DNA of 63,993 nucleotides, filler included, from Porpidia crustulata (lineage: Eukaryota), in the NCBI GenBank assembly GCA_964255105.1. It is 13 parts of 13 records of this genome, joined end to end, with 100 filler letters (N's around TTAATTAATTAA, not from the genome) between each part and the next. Parts side by side here need not be neighbours in the genome. Positions count along the whole stretch, not along the records: positions 1 to 4,921 come from CAXUWE010001967.1; positions 5,022 to 9,926 come from CAXUWE010001968.1; positions 10,027 to 14,930 come from CAXUWE010001969.1; 10 more parts are not named here. One strand, written 5' to 3'. Under the pieces are notes generated by a model. The model saw nothing but the letters and a program-made list of their open reading frames with translations. It made no database searches and was not told the DNA's origin. Made by a program: the position numbers and the translations under genes. Numbering within the stretch: position 1 is the stretch's first letter; every line of letters starts with the position of its first letter. Shown here one piece after another: positions 1 to 11,689 of this stretch.

Positions 1-671
1 CAACACACACAGACCTGTTCCGAACACCCACTGTGGATACACTTTGTACCAACTGCTGTCTGAGAATACCTCGTTTTTTCACCCGCCACACGCTGCACTA
101 TAATAATTAAGTTTGACTGGCTTGCTGAATATAAGAAATAGATTTTCTCGCGATTGAACTCGCTGTGGCTTGCCACGAGATCAGGAGAATCGGTGGGAAA
201 ATTTCTCCTCAATGAGGCGAGTGAGCGTTGGAGAACAGAAAAGATCATCGAATCGGAAGTGGCGCTCTTGAATCATCTTCCTTCACCCCAGCGTCTCCCA
301 CGGCCTTCTTCATCGTGACATCTGACTGGGCTGCGAATCGGCACATCTCCGATCGAATGCCACTAGGTTTGTATCAGTTCGGTCTCCACGATGACCGAAG
401 AGGACCAAAAGATTGCACAAACGATACTGTACGCAGGAGAAGATTTGGCGATAGGTGCGAGGTTCTTATATCTGGACATATAGATATGTACATTGAATTC
501 TACATTGGACACCGCTTCGGAAATTCATGCTGTAGCTGTCAAACTTCATATTCCTCGTGACAAAAAATTTATCAGGGAACACTCCGACCCATCGGCCAAT
601 ACGCCCGCCCAACGCCCCCCGCGAATCCACCCAAATGCAGTCCCACTCAGCCACACCCGCTCTACCACGCC

Positions 672-2910
672 TCACGAACTCTCCAATTCCGCGATCCTCC
701 TCTCACATTCCCCAACCCCCCTCAACTCCCTCTCCACCTCCTCCCTCTCATCCTCCAGTGCCAACCTCCTGCCGGCATCCAGCCTCGTAAACACGTGCCC
801 GCCCACGCCGTCAAACTGCAAGATCCACCCGTGATACCGCCACAGGCTGCGCCGGTGGCTGACCGTCATCAGCGTGATGCCGCGCCGCTTCGCTTCCTCG
901 TACATGGCGCGCTCCACCTCGAGCGTCACCGATGACGTGCACTCGTCTAGGATGGCATAGGTGGGTGCATGGTAGAAGAGGCGGGCCATGGCGACGCGCT
1001 GCTGCAGGCCGGCGGAGAGGACATCACGCCATTCCTCGTCGGCGTCCCAGCCGCCCGGACGGTCAACGATTTGCGCGATGGAAACGGTTTCGAGGAGGGT
1101 GAGGAGGTCGGCGTCGGTGGTGCGTTTGCGGTGCATTTCGCGCAGGGAGTCGGGATATATGATCTGTTGGCGCAGGGTGCCGCGGCAGAGGTAGGGCCGC
1201 TGGGGGATGTAGAAGATGGAGCTCGTGGGGGGTTTGCGGACGGTACCGCCATAGACGGGCCAGAGGCCGCCGAGGATGCGGAACAGGGAGGATTTGCCGC
1301 AGCCGTTAGGGCCAACGATGAGGAGATGGTTACCGGGCTTGACGGTAAAGTTGAGGGCGCGTACGAGGATGTCGCCGTTGGGGGAGACAATAGGGACGTT
1401 GATGAATTCAATATCAAGGCTCTCGATGATGGTGCCACGGCCGGAGAGGATAGAGGCGTTGGAGGTGTCGGCGGAGCTCACGAGGCGTTTCTCGAAGTGG
1501 CCAGCGGAGATATCGTCCATGACTTCGAGGAGGGTCGAGACGCGAGAGGTGTAGCCGGCGAGCTCAGATATTTCTTTATAGGAAAACATGACGCGACCAA
1601 CGGCATCGGAGGAGGAGAGGAGCATACGGCGATTGGTGACGAAGCCTATGATTTGAGTAAGTGAATAGTCTCGTGCGATCGAAAAGGATGGACGCACTTC
1701 GGGTACGGTCACCCGTGCCGTGGAGGGTTTGGCCAGGGATCTTGAAGAAGACAGGAACACTGCAAAGCATAAGGCCCAAAGCTCCCCAGAAATACTTAAT
1801 GACAAAATCTTCCATGACGCCGTGGTAAAGTCGCCTTCGTAATATGCGATTGACATGCTTGATTAACGTAAAGTACCCCTTGTCTAACGTATCTTTCTCA
1901 GCTTCATGCCCGTGGTACAACGCTACCTCCTCACTATTATCGATTAATCTCGAATGCTGGAACCGAAATTCGCCTTCTAATCGCGCCTCCTCCGCGACGT
2001 ATCTTCCAAAGGGAGGAGTCAGAGCACGCATAACGCCCGCGGAGACTTGCACCAGCAAACTCATCATAAAAAGAGCTTCTCCACCAACAGAACGCGAAAG
2101 CGAATAATTGTACACTATAATGTCCAGAGTTGGCTTGGCCAAGTTCGAGTATAACTCTGCAAGGCTGTTGGAGAATCTGGATACGTCTACGGTGATTAAC
2201 TGATCTGCATTCTTTATTCGGTCGTCGAGTGCAGAGAGACTGTAGAAGGTCATGTTGGAGAGATATCGGTTATGTAGGTAGTTGGTCAGGCGGCTGCGAT
2301 ACTGAAGTGCTAGTTTACATTGATGGTAAGATAGCTAGAATTGAATAATTAGCTTACTGTCTTCGTACTGCGATTGATCACATGCCATAGAATTGGTGAA
2401 GGTTGCGGGGACAGCAACAACCATCCACCATATTATCCCTTTGAAGAATGCCTTCCCCTTCCCCCTGACAAGGCTGCTGACCAGCTTGCCATCCAGCTCT
2501 GCGACATGGAGACTAATCAAAGTCCGTATCACCAAGAAGACGCTGTGACTGATAAGTAGGCGAAGCTCTTTACTTCTCCATCCCGGTATTGCAATCCTCA
2601 ATAGTCTCCATAGGTTCCTAAAGAATTCTCTATCTATCTCCACCTTCTTCCTCACACTAGCTTCTCCCTGGGTTGAAGCAGTTCCTGGGCGTTGCCGCAC
2701 CTGCGTTTGAAGTATTCTCGCTGCTTTTTGTTCCGAGACGGCATTCCGAATTCGAATGATCAAGGCGAGAAAGAATGTAAGATAGACAGTCCTCGAGATT
2801 CTTGTTCGGTGCTTTGAATAGAGATCTGTGAGCGTGGAGAGAAGGTGCTTGATGGATTTGTCCGAAGGAGGAGATAGCAGAGGTAGGACCAGCTTAGATT
2901 GGACTGCCAT
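672..2910 (-). CDS. PXA2: Peroxisomal ABC half-transporter (ABCD family, Pxa2-like), 3 exons
   Basis: EAA-like motif [28 protein letters not shown], Walker [10 protein letters not shown], signature LSAGLQQR, Walker B AILDECTS. Intron 1 is 2335-2385 (GC-AG); intron 2 is about 1647-1697. Confidence 0.9.
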
Positions 2911-3549
2911 GCTGCCATGGAGATCAATTGGTACGAGTCTATTGTGAAGACGATGATGCCTGAGCTGGAAGTATGGCTTGAGGGGATGGATTATTGTATG
3001 AATTGTTTTGGCATGTGATTTCGGGCTTGTACCATGCCTAGGCGCGGTGTACGCGATAGAACTCGCGGGTAAGCTGCCTCATAGGGTAGAGTAATTGCAA
3101 GGATAGATACCAGACTATTATACCATGGATTCTGCACACGCCAGCATAGTCTACCATGTAGGACGAGTCTATCTAGCTCGATAGACGCGCTAAGCGATCG
3201 GGAAACCTTCGAGCGTAGCTTACCACCTTACGAGACTTTCCCTTCCATACTACTACAATTACTGTGTTTGGTAATGCGGCTCTGGCATGACCTCTGACCT
3301 GAGAAGTAAGAGTTTAGCAAGAACTCGATAGGTCTCTGTATGTAGGGCCAGCAGGGATACCTCAGTCTGAAGAGGCGGAGGACTCTGCCTGGTATCAGGG
3401 GCGAAGACCCTTTCTAGCGCCCCTGTCTCATCACCTTCCGGACTCTGTCTCGATATGACCAAGGAGATTGAGAGTGGCAGCGGACAAAAATAACATACAT
3501 ATGGTATAACGAAAAATACCCTGAGCATTTTTCCCCAGTTTACTTACCA

Positions 3550-3644
3550 ATTGCTTAGCAATGCACTCAAGACGATTGCTTAGCAATGCATTCAAGACGA
3601 TTGCTTAGCAATGCGCAGTATGGCACAGCGATGCGCTCGAGATA
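3550..3644. repeat. 25-bp tandem repeat containing the palindrome ATTGCT-T-AGCAAT
   Basis: Unit ATTGCTTAGCAATGCA(C/T)TCAAGACG starts at 3550, 3575 and 3600 (third copy partial), with a degenerate copy at 3620-3644 (17/25 matches). Confidence 0.9.
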
Positions 3645-3831
3645 GCTTGTAGCTCAAGGTATGTAGCAACGCTGATCTGTTCTTCCAGCGGAAGATAAAA
3701 TTACAAACGCTCGTTGATCAGGGTGGACTCGTTCTATCACTCTTATCATCGTTGCAATATTCATTTTTCTCCACCGTCGACCTTCCAAGCAGCCCGACAA
3801 GTAGTAACCCGAAGAAAGGTTTCAGGGCATC

Positions 3832-4777
3832 ATGTCTTCGACCACCACAATCCTAATCACCGGGGCAAACCGAGGTCAGAAAGCAAACCACCGGTTCCCT
3901 CCCCCCCTGGACGATTAATAACATTTTCGTATTAGGCATCGGCAAAGCTCTACTTGCTACATATCTAGCTCGACCCCATGCCACTGTCATCGCTGGTGTC
4001 CGTGATCCCGATCATGCCACATCCGAGGAGCTGTTATCGTTTCCCAAAGGCTCTTCCAGTCATCTCATTGTTGTCAAAATCGATAGCGCTTCAGAAACCG
4101 ACGCGGTAGCGGCAGTCAAGCAACTCCAGCTCACTCATAAAATCACAAGTCTCGACCTTGTCATCGCCAACGCCGGCATCGCTCAACGCTACCCCACTGT
4201 GGCCGATACAAAGCCAGCAGAGTTCCTAGAACATATCGCAATCAACGTAAGCGGTACAGTCCTGCTCTTCCAAGCCATTCTGCCACTGTTGCGCAAAGGT
4301 TCAAAATTCGTCACCATGAGCAGCTCCGCCGGTAGCATCGGCGGCATAGAGCTCAGAAACTTTCCAAATGCTCCGTATGGTGCCTCGAAGGCCGCTCTCA
4401 ACTACATCACCCGCAAGGCTCATTTTGAGCACGAAGACCTAATCATATTTCCCATTGATCCTGGGTAAGTCACTTCCAATTGAATAGATAAGATGAGGAA
4501 TTCGTCGCTAAGAGTCTTGGGTCCAAAGATGGGTCCAGACAGATATGGGGAACAGTAGGGCCGCTTACTTCATGGGCGCTGGCGCCACAGCGGAGATCTC
4601 AACGGAGGAAAGCGTCAAAGGGCTGGTCTCAGTGGTACGTCGTTTCCCAATCTCCAACAATGCATCCAGTCGAGGGGGTTCCGCACTGATGATATTACCT
4701 TCCAGATTGATGGTGCGACAAGAGAGAAGACATCCGGGCATTTCCTCACGCACGACGGAACCGAGACCGAGTGGTAG
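3832..4777 (+). CDS. Short-chain dehydrogenase/reductase, Nor-1/AflD-like ketoreductase, 4 exons
   Basis: Spliced protein shows ITGANRG|IG Rossmann motif, IANAGI, MSSSAGS, catalytic YGASK, DPG|WVQTDMGN; ends HDGTETEW*. Confidence 0.88.
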
Positions 4778-4921
4778 AAACGTGGAGGGGGGTGGCCATG
4801 GGAGGATCTTTAAGCCACGTCTCTCATCGCAGCTATCTGATCCTAACCAGAAAGAACAAATCCTCCCGCCCAACTAAAAAAAACCAATCAACCCAAAAAA
4901 AAACCCAAAATCATTCACAAA

Positions 4922-5021
4922 NNNNNNNNNNNNNNNNNNNNNNNNNNNNNNNNNNNNNNNNNNNNTTAATTAATTAANNNNNNNNNNNNNNNNNNNNNNN
5001 NNNNNNNNNNNNNNNNNNNNN
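4922..5021. other. Artificial contig linker (N44-TTAATTAATTAA-N44); first of 12
   Basis: Identical 100-bp spacers with six-frame stops at 4922-5021, 9927-10026, 14931-15030, 19921-20020, 24902-25001, 29882-29981, 34857-34956, 39831-39930, 44800-44899, 49765-49864, 54726-54825 and 59685-59784. The intervening contigs decrease monotonically from 4905 to 4859 bp. Confidence 0.98.
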
Positions 5022-8000
5022 TTCGAAGACGAAGGGGTGGGTGCAAGAGCGGCAGCGGAGGGTCAGGCGGGCCGAGTCTTTGAAGCGGATGGCGTCGGGG
5101 ATTTGGCTTTCGAGGGGGGAGATGTCGCTGGTTTGGTTGGAGGCGGATGCGGAGGCGATGGAGTACTTTTTCGTGTCGAGTCCTAGGCAGTCGGCTAGCT
5201 GGGTGGCGTCGGTCCCCGGGATGGGAGCGCAGAGACGCTCGATAGGGGGGAAGATTTGCTTGTAAAGGTACCAGTCGATATCGGGTTTCAGAGTTGAGGA
5301 TGCGGACATGACGTCCTGTGGGGCAAAGGCGCGTTTGGCGGCAGAGTCGGAGGAGGAGATGTTGGAGGAGGCAGACGTGGTCATAATGTAGGATATCACG
5401 TCGTTGATACGAACAGATTTGCCCTGAGCGAGGGATCGTAGAGCGACTTGGACTTGGGGCATGCTGTCGGCGTTGGGATAATCTTTGGGGTTTTTGCCAA
5501 GTTTCTGCGAAGAGTGGTGATCAATTTGGGGAGACATGATGAGGTGGAAATGGGAAGACGAGGGTGGCTTACGGTGAAGATGATGTACTTTTGGGCGGGG
5601 ATCTTTTCTTCCCTCATCTTTTGGGAGAGCTCTCGAAGGTACTCGTGGACCTTTCCAACAACCACTTCGGGGTCTTCACCTGACAGAATCTCGTTGAGTA
5701 GCCGGGACGATGCTTCTTTTGACAGAGCACAGTATTCTCTCCGTTTCATGTCCAAACCCTTGACTTCGAGCTTATCGACGTATTTGCCGTCGACTTCTAG
5801 CATGTTGATGGCGGCATATTTCTTCTTGGCATGAAGTAACAGTCTACGGAAGATGTTATCAATGTCAATTTCCAGAAGCCTATACCGTTCATTTACTGAA
5901 CGCTTGAAGTCATTGCCTATTTTTAGGGCTTCTTCCATATTGTCCGCGTTGGTATTGATCATGACTGAGTCAGTGTCTCCGTATATGACACGTAAAGAGG
6001 TGCTCTCTGCAAGGTCTTTAGTACTCCTTAAAATTTCTCGGCCCTTGAAAGTCGTAAGCATGGCCAAGGGTCTCGCATAAAATCTCGACTGCGTATACCC
6101 GAGACAGCCGTACATAGAATTAGCAGTCAGCTTCAGTGCCAATTGCTTGATGTCCCATGTCGCGAGCTGCTCAGGGGCGGCGGTCTTATCCTTCATCAGG
6201 CTTTTCACTTGTCGCCTTCGACTGACAAGAGTGGCAATGAGCTTTGGCAAGATGCCTTGCTTTTGGTCTTGAGGTATATCTGGTACTCTGTCGTCATTTT
6301 CCGACTGAGGTCTGTCAGCCACCATATACCTACCCACTCAACGACCTCGCTTACCTGGTCTGATCTATCCACCGTCGTGAAGCAAATATTGAACTCCTGT
6401 ATAATGCTTGGATAAAGACTGTTGAAATCCATGACCAGGATAAACTTGTCATAGAGCCCCTTTTCAGGCTCGAAAACAAGACCACCCTTAAACTTGTCTT
6501 TCTTCTTGACATCGACACCTTCTTCGCCATCTGGATTCTCATCTTCAGCCTTGGGCTTGCTTTTGCCATATATCTTGTCAGGACATATATACTTGTTCCT
6601 ATTGAACTCGTGAAGCAGAATGTACTCATTGCGTTCGGCCCTAGTACCACTTAAAGTCCTCGCCCAAGAATTGCCAGCTAGGTTAGTCAGAACCTTGGTC
6701 AGAGGAAGCATCTGCACACGCAATGCAATGGCTGTAATAAAGAAAGTGTCGGCTTCGCAATGATTGACGTAGTTGAGAAGCCCTTCTCGCGATGTGGCCC
6801 ATGTCTTCAACGCGACTTCGTTTTCAATTTCCCGGCGAGGATTACCTGCACCAAGGTACAATTCGCACATCTCAGTGAGACTCCACGATTGACATTTCGT
6901 CATGAGAGACTATATCGATGTTAGCTACAGAGTGTCTCAATACAAATGGTTCTGCATACCTTTCCCATGTCATTCGCAACATCACACAGTAATCGTCCAG
7001 ATATAAGCTGTCTTTCAGCGAAAAAGCTTGCTCCACTTTTCCCCATGTTCCTGGGCCAATCGCTCCGCCTCATTCTTCCTATGCGGTGCCACCCAGGAGT
7101 TTTCCTCTCCCGCATTCGGCTGAGTAGAATAGGGTAGTCCACGTCTTGCAATTGATGGCCCATGAGGACGTCTGGATCTGTCTTCTCTAATAGCGCGAGG
7201 AACTTCGCCAATAGTAACTGCTCGCTCTTGACAAGCATGATACTACCGCGTTGGCTCTTACTAAGTGCTTCGAAGCCTGGAGGAAAGGACGCTTCTGCTG
7301 GACGCATGACGGTGAAGGTTTTGCATGGTAGTTTCTCTGTGGGTGTCGTGTCGCTCAGAGAGATGCCCTCATATACACGAGCACTAGCAATTAGGATCTC
7401 TTGCTTATTTTCCTTAACATTCAAGGTAGTCCTCAAGGCTAAACTCATAAATGTCAAGGGAGGGGCCTCCATATTTTCTGATTCGGTAAGAGCTGTAATA
7501 GCCTTGGGTTCAGCCACTTGTAGCTCCAGCTTGCACCAAGATGCATTGTTCAACGGTATCATCTCAGCGTTTTCGATCTTGAGCCAGCAAGGACCCATAA
7601 TGCTCTTCCAAAGAACGAATTGCTCGAAAAGCGCTGTCGAAGTACCAAACGCGTGGGAAAAGGTTTCGCCTTGAAGATCCGTAGGTAAGGCCGGCTTGTC
7701 GTATGGGTACATCAATTTGAGATAGTCTGCTTCCTTTGGAACATCCGAAAGCTCAAAAGCATACTTCCTAGAAGTAGGCTTGATCTTGTGCATACCGACT
7801 CGAAGCTTTGTCATGACCTCGTCCACCTCGTTGTAAACGTCGCCCATCTCAATCTCGTCAGAGGAATCTCGGCCATGCCGCTGACGGTAAGTCCTTGGAA
7901 GGAAGTAGAGCTTCCGTAGGATGTTATCCACTTTTACAAAAGCACTGACATGTGATCCGGTATTCTTGTCCTTGACTTTTCCAAATAAACATAGACTTCC

Positions 8001-9159
8001 GTTGATCTCGGTGTAATCAGTCCAAAAAATGCGAAGGCTACCATCGTCCTCAATAGCATCTTCCAGTCGAAGCTTGCCAAAATTACTAGTTTCCGGACCT
8101 TGACTACTCAATACATTGAGTTTCGAGGTTACGTCGTTCCAAGCAGAGGGATCAACAGCATTTATGGGCGGTCCAATTGGAGAGGAACTTTCTGGGGAGG
8201 GATACGGAGCTTTCTTCAATACTTTTGGTGCAGGCCGTGACCCGGAGAGATTGATGTTGGCGGTTTTGACATTATGGCTACCAACGACCTGTGCAACCTC
8301 CATAATATCTTCCTCTTCGTCCTCTTCCTTAATCGTTTGCTGGCCTTTGCGATCCAAGGCATTGGCAATTGGGGATGACGGTATCGGATCGCTCATTAGC
8401 ACGTCGTTGTCGAACATGGCTGTAGGAAAATCATCGTCGTCATAACTTGGTTCCAGAGGAGGAGTATTCAACAAGAGACCCGGATTGGCATGGTCATCGG
8501 CCTTCGATATTATGCCTTTTCTATTTTGAGCTATAGGCGGTGACAAAACGCGCGTCTTCCGTCGAGCTGCAGTCTTGACAGTCTTTATAGGCAGACGAGA
8601 GGGAATATTTGTATCCACTTCCCCGAGGAGGTCCGCCATGAAAGCAGCATCTTCAGCTGTAGCGACAGGCTTGGTAAGGGATCAGCTCATTGCACGAAGT
8701 AATCGGTCTGGACTATCACCTTTGGCTTCGGTGCCGCAACAGCAGGCCCGTTACTAAAGTACTTGTTGATGCTATTGTTCGTCTTTTCAATCTTCTCCTG
8801 GTCTTCCTCGCGCTTTCTCTTCGCTTGATCTACAAGTCAGTCTTTAATGGCTTTCTCAGAGAATCAGAGGGGCACTGACCAGCTTTGCCCCTCAGAGGAG
8901 CTTCCTCCTCGCTACCACTAGCACTATTATATCTCCTCTCCCCCATCCATTCTTCGCGTCCGTCATCAGCGTATCCATCTCCATTGTCGTCAACGACGAA
9001 ATCGTCACGATCCAACCGAGCTCGAACGACTTTTTTGTATCCTTCCTCGTCAACTTCCTCATACAGACTTTCTTCTTCCTCGACTTTATACGTGGATAGG
9101 CGTGTTTTGCCAGAAGCGCGCAAGGCCTTCAATTCAGCGAGGCGAGCAGCCCTTGACAT
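5022..9159 (-). CDS. POL1: DNA polymerase alpha catalytic subunit (3' truncated at contig edge)
   Basis: N-terminal [20 protein letters not shown] and family-B motifs [35 protein letters not shown]. The C-terminal Zn-finger start (CRSC) lies at the contig edge. Several GT-AG introns. Confidence 0.97.
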
Positions 9160-9296
9160 TCTGGGAGTTGGACAACGAAAGAGCCCGTGGTGGGTGGATA
9201 TTCTACACAATTGCAGATTTCATTGTCACAGTCGGAGAGAATAATGTCTAACTTAGTGTTGCGGTGCTGGAAGTTCAATTTACTCACTAGATTAAG

Positions 9297-9350
9297 TCGC
9301 GTTCCTACCTACCTTGAAGAAGCGCGTAGTCCCGCGAATCCTTGTCGCGC
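9297..9350. promoter_or_regulatory. Cluster of MCB-like CGCG cores upstream of POL1
   Basis: TCGCGT, AGCGCGT, CCGCGA and TCGCGC within 54 bp, 140-190 bp upstream of the POL1 ATG. MBF/MCB control of POL1 is established in yeasts. Confidence 0.5.
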
Positions 9351-9581
9351 CAGCTTAGCTCCGAAAGCTAAGCTGTATTAAGGTAGGTACATCACTCGAG
9401 TAGATTACACTTGTAATATAATCAATCGATGGCCTTTTGACCGCCAGTATGTACGCCGTCGTCCCTTGCCATCCGCATTAGAGCCCAAAGTCCTTTCTGC
9501 AGGCCCTGCGCCAGTGTGTTCATCGCGAGATCAGAATGATATTCTACCGATAACCTCGTCTACTCCAACCTCTCGACCACG

Positions 9582-9926
9582 ATGTCCACCCGCCGTGGCG
9601 TCGGCCTCTCCGCCTTTCAAAATCGCACCTCCCTTCAATCGTCGTATGCCACCCACGGCGCCTCCCTCCGCACCCAACACCTCACCTCCCTCCAAACCCA
9701 GCTTTCGGTCTTCCAATCCTTGCTCCACACCTTTGCCCTCCAACATGGCGACACTATAAAACGGGATCCCGCCTTCCGCGCCGAGTTCGCACGCATGTGC
9801 AATGCCATCGGCGTGGACCCTCTAGCCGGCTCGAACATAAAGGGCAAGGGGGAGAAGGGGAGCTGGTGGGCGCAGATACTGGGAGGGGATGTGAATGATT
9901 TTTACTTTGAGCTGGCGGTGCGAGTC
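9582..9926 (+). CDS. SNF8: ESCRT-II subunit Vps22/Snf8 (EAP30), 3' truncated
   Basis: MSTRRGVGLSAF...FRAEFARMCNAIGVDPLA...WWAQILGGDVNDFYFELAVRV. Confidence 0.93.
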
Positions 9927-10195
9927 NNNNNNNNNNNNNNNNNNNNNNNNNNNNNNNNNNNNNNNNNNNNTTAATTAATTAANNNNNNNNNNNNNNNNNN
10001 NNNNNNNNNNNNNNNNNNNNNNNNNNGAATGTCAGTGGGGGGGTTCAAGGAGTGTGTGTGTGTGTGTTTTTTGGCTTGTTGAATGTTGGTTGAGGAATTT
10101 GATGTTGTGCGCACGGGGGGGAGGGGAGCGGTAGGTAAATCCCGCGGTCCAGCTTCCCATTCTCTCGGATAAACCGCATGGATGAGACCGTGCTC

Positions 10196-11689
10196 CTAGA
10201 ACCCCTCGTCGTCATCCGTGTCATCGTAGTCTGGCGGCCCCTCTTGGTGCTGGAAATCGCCGTTTGTTAGAAAAACATCAGAAATCCAAGTCAAGAGGGG
10301 TATGACCTACGTGACCTTTACCCTTGTGGGGTCGACGATGATGATAGTAGTACTCCGACGGCATGCTCTTGATGGAGTACGTCGGGGTGAACTTGAGGCT
10401 GGTGGTGAAGGAGGAGATGGACCAGGGGTAGGAGATCGGAGGTGCGATTGTTTCGGTCGTGCTGCTGCTGCTGCTGGGAGCGATTGTAGATGGGGAGACG
10501 GAGGTGGCGCTGATGGTGGTGTTTTTCGATGCGGTGGTGGGGTCAAGGGTGGTGGATGGGGCTGTGCCTGCTGTGGTGTTAGAGATGGCGAAATATACTA
10601 GGGAAACGTGTGGGAGTGGGTTACCTGTGGGGAGTATTGAGTAGGATGTGTTGCTGGTAGGGCTTGGGTGACCATTCGTGCCGGTGCCACCAGTAGACTG
10701 TGGAATTATCCCACTACCGCTGGATGGATATGGGCCAGTGCTTGCGGTGGGAGACCAAAATGGGTAGGACCAAGTTGGGTAGGTGGGAGTCTTTGTGCTG
10801 TTTCCTGGATCGGTGGAGCTTGTCAGGTTGGCGGTGAAGCTCGGAGTCCCGGTTGCTGGACTCAGAGCAGTGGTGTTACTGACTGGATATGGCGTGGTAA
10901 TGGTAGAGCTAATTATTGTCGTCGAGTTAATTGTTGAAGTGGTATTGGGGGTAATGCTTGTTGGAGAGACCGAGGTCCCGCTGGCTCCAGTGCCAGACCC
11001 CGGGAAGCTATAGGTGTAGCCAGAGCCTGTTGGTCCAATGGCAGTGGTTGAGTTTCCGTACGGAGCCGTAGGGCTTACACTGGTGCTGGTTGGGCCAGGA
11101 GCACTGCCGCTGGAGCCTCCAGTTGGATAAGGTGTTGTACCGCTGATGATGGTTGACGTAAACGTGGGGAATGTAAAGCTGTAAATAGGGTAGCTAGGGC
11201 TACTGGAAGTATTTGCCAGGCTGGTAGTAGACGTTGTGGGATCAAGTAAGCCAGTAGCAGTAGGAAAGGTCCCGCTTCCAGTCCCAGTCGGAAATATTCC
11301 ACTTCCAGTAGCAGTGGGCCCACCAAATCCGCTACTAAAGGAGTATGGGTAAGGAGGAGCCGTCTCGTTGTCACATCGAGGATGAACAATGGCTGGACGG
11401 AGAGCTGTTGCCATGTCAGTGAAACCAATTGATTGATGCTAAAGCAAGTTGAGATTAGGAAACCTGAGAGCTGTCTCCCCAACCCAATGACTCGATTGTT
11501 ATTTTGACCAACAAGATTTGAATTGAAATATGAAAATAGACCAAAGATTCAAAAATAGGAGATTGTAGCAACGTGTATTCTTCCTGCTGTGCTCTGAAGA
11601 GATGGCAGACTTTGAAGCTTACCGAGCTCAGGCTTGCCCAAAGCAAGAGGAATGAGCGCTCCAAAAACGGCAGTCCTTGTCAGATGCAT
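10196..11689 (-). CDS. Secreted Ser/Thr/Pro/Gly-rich (mucin-like) protein of unknown function
   Basis: Exon 1 (11689-11623) encodes the signal-peptide-like MHLTRTAVFGALIPLALGKPEL and splices in frame over intron 11405-11622 (GTAAGC...CTGAC...CAG). A probable in-frame intron lies at 10571-10624. A last intron precedes the terminal exon HQEGPPDYDDTDDDEGF*. Many N-x-S/T sequons. Confidence 0.75.

Noticed and set aside
3015..3495. Possible solo LTR or MITE in the PXA2-SDR intergenic region (AGTAATTG...CAATTACT; TGT...ACA segments)
   Set aside because: No matching target-site duplication and no second copy in the window.
3550..3644. Palindromic repeats resembling a mini CRISPR array
   Set aside because: The intervening sequences are near-identical (a tandem repeat, not unique spacers), the context is eukaryotic, and there are no cas genes.
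4966..4977. TTAATTAATTAA recurring every ~5 kb as a periodic biological repeat
   Set aside because: It is always centred in N44 padding and gives stops in all six frames, so it is an artificial linker.
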